Shown here: in pieces, positions 1-9,074 of the stretch | Numbering within the stretch: position 1 is the stretch's first letter | Layout: the number at the start of each line of letters is the position of its first letter | Assembly: GCA_000175855.1 (NCBI GenBank) | Contig: ACYB01000046.1 | Location: 1 to 32,000, forward strand | Reading direction: 5' to 3' | Source: Raphidiopsis brookii D9 | Lineage (GTDB): Bacteria > Cyanobacteriota > Cyanobacteriia > Cyanobacteriales > Nostocaceae | DNA: 32,000 nt | Made by a program: the position numbers and the translations under genes | The notes under the pieces: generated by a model | What the model was told of the DNA's origin: nothing | Database searches by the model: none | Seen by the model: only the letters and a program-made list of their open reading frames with translations

Positions 1-2
1 GA

Positions 3-839
3 GTGGATTGGGATGCAGTGCGCCATTGGTACAATGGTTATAATTGGACAGGGTCCCAGACAGTTTATAACCCCTACGACATCCTCCTCTTCCTTAGCGA
101 AGGCATGAGATTTCGCAACTACTGGTTTGAGACGGGTAGTCCCAGCTTTTTACTCAAATTGTTCCAAAAGGAGCAGTATTTCCTACCTAATTTGGAGGGA
201 ATCCAGGTAACCGAGGAAATACTCGATTCCTTCGATGTGGAGCAGATTAATCCGGTGACCCTCCTGTTTCAGTCTGGTTATCTGACTATTAAAAACACAT
301 TTACAGATATAAATCAAATGGTATTTTGCTTGGGTATACCTAACATGGAGGTGAAGATTGCCCTCAATAACCAGTTTATTAACGCATATTCCAACTTAGT
401 CAACGAAAAGTTAGGGATACAAAGACTGATACATACCCAACTGCGCTCCGGCGATGTAGAGGGATTGGTCAGCACTATCAAGCGATTATTTGCCTCCATT
501 CCCTGGCGCAATTTCACTAATAACGACCTAGCGGATTTTGAAGGATATTATACCTCGGTAATCTACGCCTTCCTCAGTTCCTTAGATGCTCGAGTTATTC
601 CAGAAGATATCACCAATCATGGTCAGTCGGACTTAACTGTTATGGTGGGGGGACACGTTTATGTGATGGAAATCAAGGTAGTAGAAGGGAATCAAGTTCA
701 GGGTAATGCAGCACTTGACCAAATCCTCCAGCGAAACTATGCTGAAAAATACCGTGGGGAACCGGGAAAATATGTCCATGAAATTGGTTTGATATTTAGT
801 CGCAACCAAAGGAACCTCATACAAGCGGATTGGCGATAA
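3..839 (+). CDS. AAA-ATPase-like / PD-(D/E)XK (PDDEXK_9, DUF1703-type) family protein, C-terminal part; 5' end lies outside the window
   Basis: The ORF is open to the window edge. Motifs YNPYDILLFL and FRNYWFETGSPSFLLKL, and the C-terminal GQSDLTVMVGGHVYVMEIKVVEG (D...E-x-K core), are typical of this family. Confidence 0.7.
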   Translation: MDWDAVRHWYNGYNWTGSQTVYNPYDILLFLSEGMRFRNYWFETGSPSFLLKLFQKEQYFLPNLEGIQVTEEILDSFDVEQINPVTLLFQSGYLTIKNTFTDINQMVFCLGIPNMEVKIALNNQFINAYSNLVNEKLGIQRLIHTQLRSGDVEGLVSTIKRLFASIPWRNFTNNDLADFEGYYTSVIYAFLSSLDARVIPEDITNHGQSDLTVMVGGHVYVMEIKVVEGNQVQGNAALDQILQRNYAEKYRGEPGKYVHEIGLIFSRNQRNLIQADWR

Positions 840-992
840 ATCTAAAACCCACCTTTGCTTATCGAGTTTATACTAAAGATAGGAGCGATCGCACCTTGAT
901 GGGCTTGCAGTTTGAACATTTTTAAAGATAGTGGAAATTTGGTACTGCTGTTTGGTATTTGTGGAAATGTGATTAAATCAGGAGGGTCAAAT

Positions 993-1109
993 ATGACTTC
1001 TAAAACAAAAGAAACCAAACCCAGTTATGTTTTCCGCGCCAGTTGGGCTATACTACTACTGGCTATCAACTTTTTAGTAGCAGCTTATTATTTCCATATT
1101 ATTGAGTAG
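993..1109 (+). CDS. Small (38 aa) predicted single-pass membrane protein, function unknown
   Basis: ATG at 993 is preceded by GGAGGG (981-986). The product is MTSKTKETKPSYVFRASWAILLLAINFLVAAYYFHIIE, with one hydrophobic helix. The ORF track's TTG start at 912 has no RBS. Confidence 0.35.
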   Translation: MTSKTKETKPSYVFRASWAILLLAINFLVAAYYFHIIE

Positions 1110-1152
1110 GTAGGTGGAGAGGGACTGAATCTCCTAGTTTCTAACCCCTCCC

Positions 1153-2019
1153 CTAAACTGTTCCTTTAAACAGTCCTTTGGGACGAATGAGTAAAACTAA
1201 AATCATAATTAACAAGGCAACTCCTTGCTTATACTGAGACCCTAACCAAGGAGTGCTGACCTCCTGAGCAATGCCAATAATAAAGGCAGCAAATATGGCA
1301 CCATAAGGGTTGCCAATTCCCCCTAAAATTACTGAGGCAAACAAGGGTAAAATTAAAAACCAGCCCATGTTGGGACGAACAGCAGTAATTAAACCATACA
1401 TACTACCACCCAGGGAGGTAAAGCTACCCGCAATAATCCAAGTCCAAAAAATTACTCGTTCTACATTAATTCCAGAAACCCTGGCTAAATCTAGGTCGTC
1501 TGCTACTGCTCGCATGGCTTTACCAATTTTGGTGTTCTGTAATATATAGCGCAGGAACAAAATCGCCAATATGGCTAGGCCTAAAACTAGTAATTGATTT
1601 TGTGGCACTTTCAAACCGCCTATATCCAAGGCCTGAATTACGGGAAGATTGTAATTTTGGTTTTTGCCCCCCCAAAGAAAAATAATCCCGTTACGGACAA
1701 ATAGGGCCAGGCCAATGGAGATGATAATCAGGGTGGTAGATGTGGCACGTAATGCTCTCATTCTTGACCACAGCATCTTCTCTGTTAGTAACATCGCTAT
1801 CACGGTTAATATGGCTGCAACAACCATTGATAACCAAATGTTTATTCCCCACCCGTTTATAACCCAGGTAAAATATGCCCCTAACGTTAAAAAGTCTCCA
1901 TGGGCAAAATTCGATAGTCTTAAAATTCCATAAGTCAGTGTTAGTCCTACTGCTGCCAAGGCAATAATACTACCCACCGCAATCCCATTAACAATTAATT
2001 GAGCTAGTTGTGCATCCAT
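1153..2019 (-). CDS. Branched-chain/neutral amino acid ABC transporter permease (LivH family)
   Basis: 288 aa polytopic membrane protein. The N-terminus NGIAVGSIIALAAVGLTLTYGILRLSNFAHGDF and the overall length match LivH/BPD_transp_2 permeases. Confidence 0.85.
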   Translation of the reverse strand: MDAQLAQLIVNGIAVGSIIALAAVGLTLTYGILRLSNFAHGDFLTLGAYFTWVINGWGINIWLSMVVAAILTVIAMLLTEKMLWSRMRALRATSTTLIIISIGLALFVRNGIIFLWGGKNQNYNLPVIQALDIGGLKVPQNQLLVLGLAILAILFLRYILQNTKIGKAMRAVADDLDLARVSGINVERVIFWTWIIAGSFTSLGGSMYGLITAVRPNMGWFLILPLFASVILGGIGNPYGAIFAAFIIGIAQEVSTPWLGSQYKQGVALLIMILVLLIRPKGLFKGTV

Positions 2020-2236
2020 TAATAAGTTCTACTATAAAGTTACTTTACTTAGATCCTAACATCAATATAAGCCTATGAATATCATAAGTTATATCTCACA
2101 CGAAGCTAGTAATAAAAATTAATTTCTGTGTTAACATACATAGTGTGGAGATCACTATATGAAAATATAACTAAAATATAACTCTTATTTATCTCCCGCT
2201 GTTTTCCGTTAGGGTTAGTATCTTTGGGCGCTTTTT

Positions 2237-4111
2237 ATGTACAAATACTCAAACTTACCAAAAAGAAATCCTCGGATAGATAAAACCTCCAAACTTTTAC
2301 GCACTATCCAACAACAAGGATACGATTTGTGGTTGGAAAAACATTTGAATCGGTTACAACTTAGTCTAAATTTTTGCTTGTTCACAGCGGTTAACACACC
2401 TTTAACTACGGGTGAACCTAATACCCAGGAGGCAAAAATTGCTGAGTCCCAGATTTTACAAACTCTGCTTAATGAAGTTTATGCTGCTTTGAATTTTCAC
2501 GGGTTGGGTATTGAAGGTCTTACGGTATATATAGCTGAGTGCAAACATCAAGAGAACATGGCTAGAATTGTCTTGATGTGTAATTCACCCACTAAGTCAC
2601 CAATTTCACCTCCATCCCTGTCGCAAACAACTTCCAGATGGAATTTGGAATCCCATATTGGTCTCCCGGATCTCCTGGAAATGGAAAAGCACAATCCTCC
2701 CCTAGCTTGGCGCTTCCCTGATGATTCTACTAATGTGACTAAATGGCTAATTGCTCTTCATCCCCTATCTGATCTATCTGGCCTTGCTAAACCTCAATTT
2801 TCTCCCTTGTACTGGCGATCGCAGTTTATTCAAAAAGCCATTAAATATTCCTGGACTTATTTAATACAAACTCAAAAAATTCAGACCTTAAAATACTCCT
2901 ATCAGTCCCTGTTACAGTTTAGTTACAACCTAGAACATAAAAACAAACTTAAAAATCAATTTTTGGCAAACACTAGTCACGAAATCAGGACTCCCTTGAC
3001 TTCGATTATTGGATTTACTGAGTTATTATTAGCTCAAGGTTACCAAGCGGAAAGAGAACGCCATCAAGAATATTTACAGATTATTCAGTCCAGCGGTAAG
3101 CATTTATTGAGTTTAATCAATGACATTTTAGATCTTTCCAAAATAGAAGCTAATCAGCTAGAAGTGCAATGGGAAGTAGTTGATATACCGTCACTGTGTA
3201 AAAGTGTTTTGGCTCTGGTAAAGGAAAAAGCAGGAGATAAGGGTTTAAAATTACAAATACAAATCAGTGAGGATGTGAGTACTCTATTGGTGGATCCTCT
3301 ACGACTGAAGCAGATGCTATTAAACCTATTGTTTAATGCTATAAAATTTACTAATGTAGGAAGTGTAGGTTTACGAGTTGTTATTAAAGATTCATGGTTG
3401 AGATTTACAGTGTGGGATACGGGGGTTGGCATTTCCGAGGAAGACCTGTCCTTGCTATTTCGTCCCTATACTCAACTAGTAAATACCATAAATACCCAAA
3501 TTGATAAAAATCATGGCACTGGTTTGGGATTGATTGTGACCAAACAACTTGCGGAAATTCACGGGGGTAGTATTGAGGTGCGATCGCAATTAAATCAAGG
3601 TTCTGAATTTACTATTATTCTCCCTCTCAAATCTCACAGAACTACCCAAACACTGGAAATTCAACCCAAACAAGACCTAGAACTAAGTGACAAAACTGCT
3701 GATCATCTAATTAATACTCCAACTAAGGTTCAACCAAGCAATTACTGCACAGTATTACTAGTAGAGAACGATATAAACAATAGTGAACTCATAAAGACTT
3801 ATTTAAATAGATTAGGTTATCAAATCATACACGTAAAAACTGCCCAAGAAATGTGGGTAAATTTACCACGAGTGCAACCGACAATCATCTTAATGGATTT
3901 GAAATTGCCAGATGGTAACGGAATGAACTTAGTATCAGAAATCAGAAAGGATCCCAGGTATCAGAACACTCCTATCGTTGCTCAAACAGCAATGGCCATG
4001 AAGGGAGACAGAGAAATATGTCTAGCTTCCGGTTTCACTCACTATATTCCTAAACCCATAGATTTGACAAATCTCGGTGCTATACTAGAAAAGTGCCAGA
4101 CTTGTCCATAG
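2237..4111 (+). CDS. Hybrid sensor histidine kinase / response regulator
   Basis: H-box SHEIRTPLTSIIGFTELL. ATPase N/G boxes LLFNAIKFT, WDTGVGI, GTGLGL. C-terminal receiver domain VLLVENDINN...IILMDLKLPDGNG...YIPKP. Confidence 0.85.
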   Translation: MYKYSNLPKRNPRIDKTSKLLRTIQQQGYDLWLEKHLNRLQLSLNFCLFTAVNTPLTTGEPNTQEAKIAESQILQTLLNEVYAALNFHGLGIEGLTVYIAECKHQENMARIVLMCNSPTKSPISPPSLSQTTSRWNLESHIGLPDLLEMEKHNPPLAWRFPDDSTNVTKWLIALHPLSDLSGLAKPQFSPLYWRSQFIQKAIKYSWTYLIQTQKIQTLKYSYQSLLQFSYNLEHKNKLKNQFLANTSHEIRTPLTSIIGFTELLLAQGYQAERERHQEYLQIIQSSGKHLLSLINDILDLSKIEANQLEVQWEVVDIPSLCKSVLALVKEKAGDKGLKLQIQISEDVSTLLVDPLRLKQMLLNLLFNAIKFTNVGSVGLRVVIKDSWLRFTVWDTGVGISEEDLSLLFRPYTQLVNTINTQIDKNHGTGLGLIVTKQLAEIHGGSIEVRSQLNQGSEFTIILPLKSHRTTQTLEIQPKQDLELSDKTADHLINTPTKVQPSNYCTVLLVENDINNSELIKTYLNRLGYQIIHVKTAQEMWVNLPRVQPTIILMDLKLPDGNGMNLVSEIRKDPRYQNTPIVAQTAMAMKGDREICLASGFTHYIPKPIDLTNLGAILEKCQTCP

Positions 4112-4205
4112 CTTTCTGGATCAGGCTATATACGTCTATAGAAAAATATTAAAAAGATGACACTCACAGAAAAATTAAGAAAAATTAAAAACCTTATTTG
4201 CCGAG

Positions 4206-4997
4206 ATGGGACACGCTTTAATAGCTTACTCCGGAGGAGTCGATAGCACACTAGTAGCGAAGGTTGCTCATGACGTACTAGGCGATCGCGCAGTAGCAGT
4301 AACTGCGGTATCTCCATCCTTACTACCGGAAGAGTTAACAGAAGCTAGCGCACAAGCAGCAACCATTGGGATAACCCATAAAATTGTCCATACTCAAGAG
4401 ATGGCCAATCCCAACTACACATCTAATCCAGTCAACCGGTGCTACTTTTGTAAAAGTGAATTACATGACACGCTCAAACCCCTAGCACTGGAATGGGGAT
4501 ACAGTTATGTGATTGATGGAGTAAACGCTGACGACCTCAAAGACTACAGACCGGGAATTCAAGCTGCAAAAGAAAGGGGAGCAAGATCACCCTTAGCAGA
4601 AATAGGAATTACTAAAATGGAAGTGCGTCAACTTTCCCAACAATTGGCACTACCCTGGTGGGATAAACCCGCCCAACCCTGTCTAAGTTCCCGATTTCCC
4701 TACGGAGAAGAAATCACCATAGAAAAACTACAACGTGTGGGGAGAGCAGAAATATATTTAAAAACTTTGGGTTGGCAAGACTTGCGAGTCAGATCAGAGG
4801 GGGAAACCGCCAGAATTGAACTCCCACCAGAAAAAATCAAGGATTTCGTCCTCAAAACAGACTTACCTACCCTAGTAACCACTCTGGAAAATCTAGGGTT
4901 TATTTACGTCACCTTAGATTTAGAAGGTTATCAGAGTGGTAAGCTGAATCGAGTCTTGACAAGACAGGATCCTATCCTTACAAAAAAAGAATCCTGA
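4206..4997 (+). CDS. larE: LarE-type PP-loop ATP-dependent sulfur transferase (TIGR00268 family); probable true start at 4157 in another frame (apparent frameshift)
   Basis: PP-loop SGGVDS, NRCYFCKSELHDTL, QPCLSSRFPYGEEI. The expected N-terminal helix (MTLTEKLRKIK...) is encoded from ATG 4157 in a different frame. Confidence 0.85.
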   Translation: MGHALIAYSGGVDSTLVAKVAHDVLGDRAVAVTAVSPSLLPEELTEASAQAATIGITHKIVHTQEMANPNYTSNPVNRCYFCKSELHDTLKPLALEWGYSYVIDGVNADDLKDYRPGIQAAKERGARSPLAEIGITKMEVRQLSQQLALPWWDKPAQPCLSSRFPYGEEITIEKLQRVGRAEIYLKTLGWQDLRVRSEGETARIELPPEKIKDFVLKTDLPTLVTTLENLGFIYVTLDLEGYQSGKLNRVLTRQDPILTKKES

Positions 4998-5313
4998 TAG
5001 AGAAAAAGGAAAGCAGAAAAATAACAATAACTAAAACTGTTGGGTGGAATTTGCCCAAATTAGCACCTGTTTTTGGTCAGGACTGTGGCTATTCCACCTA
5101 AAAATTTTGAGGTTATTTCTTAACCTGGTTCCCAAAGAAATCTAGCTACTGATGAAGCTAAACCCAGAAAAGTCAAAACTTCATCACTTTGATTCCAGAT
5201 TTCCTTGGGATTTGCTTTGAGGTTGCTGGAGATAGGGCTTTAACTTGGCTATAGATTAGCCTGATGACAGTCTTAATTCTTGGTTCTTACTCGGGAATCA
5301 AGACTAGTCCGAG

Positions 5314-5553
5314 TTAAATTTCGCCGTCCACTTGCATTTTGTGCACTTGATCAGCTAACTCTTGACGACCTTGGTCATCTAGCTTATCAATTGCCAACAT
5401 ACCCATGAGGATAACCTCTTTTAACGTCAGACGGGTAGAATGTGCCTGTTTTTGCACAGTCTCTTTGATCACTGGACTTACGCCAATTGCGGTACTTGCT
5501 CTAGCCACGGAACTAACAATAAACATTAACGACTTCGGATAAAATCTTAGCAC
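5314..5553 (-). CDS. Small hypothetical protein (start uncertain: GTG 5553 or ATG 5526)
   Basis: 79-aa ORF with no recognisable motif and no shadowing by another gene. It lies downstream of the DUF445 gene on the same strand. Confidence 0.4.
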   Translation of the reverse strand: MLRFYPKSLMFIVSSVARASTAIGVSPVIKETVQKQAHSTRLTLKEVILMGMLAIDKLDDQGRQELADQVHKMQVDGEI

Positions 5554-5694
5554 TTTAAATGCAATTATTGTCTACATAATAAAACTTAACAATTTTTTTT
5601 TTAATTTTCTTTATCTTCTTCCCTCCACCTACCCCCCTTTTCTCCATCCTACCCTCCCCACTCCTCTTTCTCCATTTTTTGATGCCAACCCTGA

Positions 5695-6930
5695 CTAGAC
5701 CTGGTTTAGAAGGAGAAATCCTACCTGTAACAGACCTACCCCTAACCCTAAAATACCTCCTAGATTTACAATTGCCTGTAACTCGTTCTTGACAATCCCC
5801 TCAATAGCTGCTTCTAAGTCAGCAGGTGAGGTGTCCTTCACTTTTTCTACAATAACTTTATCTAAGGACAAAATTGGAATTGTTTGCGCTACAATGGTTT
5901 CCAGGTCTTTTTCTAAATACTTGTCTAAGATTAGGGCTAACTCTTGAGCTACAGACTCCAGGGAACTGTTAACAATCACTGAATCGCGCAAACGATTTAG
6001 TAAAAGAATGGAAATTTTTTCCCAGTCCGCTGATTCTGTTACTTCTTGTATCAGGTTACTGCCACTGTCTTGCAGATAATATCTAATGCTCTCTTTCACA
6101 CTCTTTCTTAATTCACGAACTGTACCAATGGGCAAATTTTGTAGGGATAAATCCTGTAATAGCTTTTTCAGGCGATCGCCCAATTGTAGGTCTTGAACTA
6201 ACTCTTGCAGTCGTTGATTAGTCAATTCCTTCTCATCCAAACAAAAACTCCTGAGTCGGGTAAGAGTATTTCGTAAACCGAAAAGATTAGCTACCACCCA
6301 GTAAGTACCACTAGTTTTTTCTCTAAAGCTATCATCAATAGTTTGAATAGTTTTATCCGTGAGAAAGTTAATTATTGCTTGTCTTAACACATCCGGGGGA
6401 AAAGCAATCTTCATTAACCAATCAGCTAACCAAATAGCCTGTTCTTCGTTTAGTCTAAACTCTAATATTAGACGATCAAAAACTTGATTAATTTGTACTT
6501 CCAGAAAATCTTCTTTACGAGCTAACACTCTTAAAAGACGAGGAAGAGAATCCCCCAATAAATCGCGCAAAATTCCTGCTAAGATTTGAGCAGTTTTCTG
6601 ATTTTTTTCCTGTTTAATTTGGGCCAATGCCAATTGTAACAACCACAGGATAGCAGCTTTGACCCGATCAGTTGCCAAAAGTCGTCCAGCCAATTTATGT
6701 AATTCGTCTGGAGTTAACAGGGAACCCATGATAGCATGGGCAATATTGTTTCCCAATCGCTCTTGATTACTGGGAATCAAACCAGGAGTAAAAGGTAACT
6801 TACGTCCCAGAACATAGATGGGTCTGTAGGGACGGAAAAGCATTTTAATAGCTATATCATTAGTGAAATAGCCAATCACACCACCCAGAATAGGAGGTGA
6901 TACGTAAAGCCAAAGATGTGACCAATCCAC
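5695..6930 (-). CDS. DUF445 family membrane-associated protein
   Basis: N-terminal signature [22 protein letters not shown] and a C-terminal hydrophobic helix. It lies 21 nt downstream of menG on the same strand. Confidence 0.8.
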   Translation of the reverse strand: MDWSHLWLYVSPPILGGVIGYFTNDIAIKMLFRPYRPIYVLGRKLPFTPGLIPSNQERLGNNIAHAIMGSLLTPDELHKLAGRLLATDRVKAAILWLLQLALAQIKQEKNQKTAQILAGILRDLLGDSLPRLLRVLARKEDFLEVQINQVFDRLILEFRLNEEQAIWLADWLMKIAFPPDVLRQAIINFLTDKTIQTIDDSFREKTSGTYWVVANLFGLRNTLTRLRSFCLDEKELTNQRLQELVQDLQLGDRLKKLLQDLSLQNLPIGTVRELRKSVKESIRYYLQDSGSNLIQEVTESADWEKISILLLNRLRDSVIVNSSLESVAQELALILDKYLEKDLETIVAQTIPILSLDKVIVEKVKDTSPADLEAAIEGIVKNELQAIVNLGGILGLGVGLLQVGFLLLNQV

Positions 6931-6951
6931 AGGATTTTGGACTCAGTTCGA

Positions 6952-7644
6952 TTAGGGAACGACAATTACTAATACCCCCATCATAGCATTAGAAATTGGA
7001 TAATGAACAGCATTGACAAACCCAACTTGACGTGCTAGAGCAACCTGTTCTTCACCTCTGGGAAAACGCTGCAAACTAGGACTGATGTAAGCGTATTCTT
7101 CCCTCACACCCAAATTAGTGGCCAGGGGAACAACCAGATAATCTAAATACCATTGTTGAAAAATCCTCCAGATGTGGTCATCAGGACGATGAAAATCCAA
7201 AATTGCCGCTCTACCCCCAGGTTTTAGCACTCGATAGATTTCCTGTAAACTGCGAGTGATATCTGTCACATTTCTTAAACCATAACCCATAGTCACAACG
7301 TCAAATTGATCATCTGCAAAGGGAAGACTCAGCACATCTGCTTCTATCCAGTTAATAGAATGTGGGTTATGGGATAATTCCTGGCGGTTTTTAGCAGCAT
7401 TAAGTAAATTATTAGAGAAATCTACACCATATACCCTACCAGTAATTCCTGCACGTCGAGCCAAACGGAAGGTTAAATCCCCACTACCACAGCATAAATC
7501 TAGACAAGTATTTCCTGTTTTTACACCACTCCATTTCACGGTCATTTCCTTCCAGATGCGGTGTTGTCCTAGGCTTAGACAATCATTAAGTTGATCGTAC
7601 ACAGGAGCAATACGGTCAAAAATATCACGAATTTCTTGCTTCAT
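6952..7644 (-). CDS. menG: Demethylphylloquinone/demethylmenaquinone methyltransferase (UbiE/MenG family)
   Basis: IFDRIAPVYDQLNDCLSLGQHRIWK, SAM motif LDLCCGSGD, GYGLRNV. The length of 230 aa fits. Confidence 0.9.
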   Translation of the reverse strand: MKQEIRDIFDRIAPVYDQLNDCLSLGQHRIWKEMTVKWSGVKTGNTCLDLCCGSGDLTFRLARRAGITGRVYGVDFSNNLLNAAKNRQELSHNPHSINWIEADVLSLPFADDQFDVVTMGYGLRNVTDITRSLQEIYRVLKPGGRAAILDFHRPDDHIWRIFQQWYLDYLVVPLATNLGVREEYAYISPSLQRFPRGEEQVALARQVGFVNAVHYPISNAMMGVLVIVVP

Positions 7645-7768
7645 TGGTGACCAAAAAAATTGGAGGTCTAAACTAATGTGTTAGTATAGTTCAGTTAGGT
7701 GGGGGTAGCAAGCTGCTTGCTGAAATTGTAAAAAGGTGAAGCCTAATAATTTTTCAGGTAATTTAAAG

Positions 7769-7837
7769 ATGTCTACATCGAATAGCAACACATCAATTTA
7801 CGACCAAGACTTTTATCTTTTGATCCCAAAGACGTGA
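7769..7837 (+). pseudogene. Remnant of a DUF29-family gene (N-terminal ~22 codons only)
   Basis: MSTSNSNTSIYDQDFYLLIPKT* carries the YxxDFYxW-like opening typical of cyanobacterial DUF29 proteins but stops after 22 codons. No continuation exists in any frame. Confidence 0.4.
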
Positions 7838-7886
7838 TCAATCCAGAGTATTTGCCATAGTTAATTTAATTAAATTAAGAACTATT

Positions 7887-9033
7887 ATGAACATTAACTA
7901 TATAATTGAGCTAATTAATCAGGGAGAAAATAGTTCAGTTGAATTTAAGCGTAGTGATGTGAAGCTGGATAGTTTATGTAAGGAAATCATCGCCTTTTCC
8001 AATTCCAGCGGGGGAGTTGTGTTGATTGGTGTTGATGATGATGGCACTATTTTGGGTGTGGAGAGCGATAGAAATTACGAGGAATGGGTAGTAAATATCG
8101 CACGCAATAATATCATCCCACCCGTCAACATCCAATCTGGGGAAGTGGTTTGGGATGGGAAAAAAATTGTGGTCGTGGAGGTTCCTAAAGGAAAGGACAG
8201 ACCATACCAAGATAATAGCGGTAGGTTCTATATACGCATTGGCTCAACTAACCGCATAGCTAGTCTAAACGAATTAATGAGACTATTTCAGCAAAGTGGA
8301 CTTTATCACTTTGATGTCACAGCAGTTGATAACACCAGTCCGTCTTACCTCAATCACAATGCCATTGATCGATATTTCCACAGTTACGATGTCCACTATA
8401 TGGAAATGGAGCAGGAAGAGAAGATCACACTGCTAAAAAACACTGATATCATTGCGGAAAATGAGCAAGTAACAGTTGGTGGTCTTTTGGTTTTTGGTAT
8501 TAATCCTCAGCGGATTTTCCATAATGCTTCCATCTCATTTGCCCACTTTCTAGGAGATACAATTTCAGAAGAGTTAATAGACAAAAAAAATAATTGAAGG
8601 CTCACTGCCAGATCAAGTACAAGCAGCATTACAAATAATCAAAAATAATATCCTGACCCCATCATCTATTCTGGAAACTAGGAGAGATGAAAGGATAAAA
8701 TATCCTGACAAAGTGTTTCGGGAATTGATTGTCAATGCTTGTGTGCATCGTAATTATTCCATCACGGGTTCCAGGATCCGAATTTTTATGTTTCATAACC
8801 GAATAGAGTTTATGAGCCCGGGGAAATTACCAAACACGGTCACTATTGATAAACTGAGGTTTGGAGTGTCTTACTCTATAAATCCAGTTATTGTTAAATT
8901 TATGGAAAACCTCAGATACATAGATAAATTGGGCAGAGGTTTACCTATGGTTTATCAAGAAGCGAAAAAACTCGGCAAGGATGTACTCTTTGAAGAAATT
9001 GGGGAAGAATTTAAGGTCACTCTGTTAACATAG
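7887..9033 (+). pseudogene. AlbA_2 (Schlafen-like) DNA-binding domain + HATPase_c_4 ATP-binding protein, split by a frameshift in an A8 run
   Basis: N-terminal part (7887-8597): GENSSVEFKRS...IIAFSNSSGGVVLIGVDDDG. C-terminal part, open from 8581: IEGSLPDQV...FRELIVNACVHRNYS...PGKLPNTVT. The frames overlap only at A8 (8583-8590), and A7 would join them. Confidence 0.75.
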
Positions 9034-9074
9034 GATAAGATAACAACAAAATATGGTTCCACGAATAAAATACC

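Noticed and set aside
912-992. TTG start at 912 for the small ORF
   Set aside because: There is no RBS, and the first 27 codons look non-coding. ATG 993 has a GGAGGG Shine-Dalgarno at ideal spacing.
5605-5680. Canonical G-quadruplex on the minus strand of the polypurine tract
   Set aside because: The G-runs (GGGG, GGG, GGGGGG, GGG) are separated by loops of 14 and 8 nt, outside the canonical G3+N1-7 definition. It is reported only as a strand-asymmetric tract.
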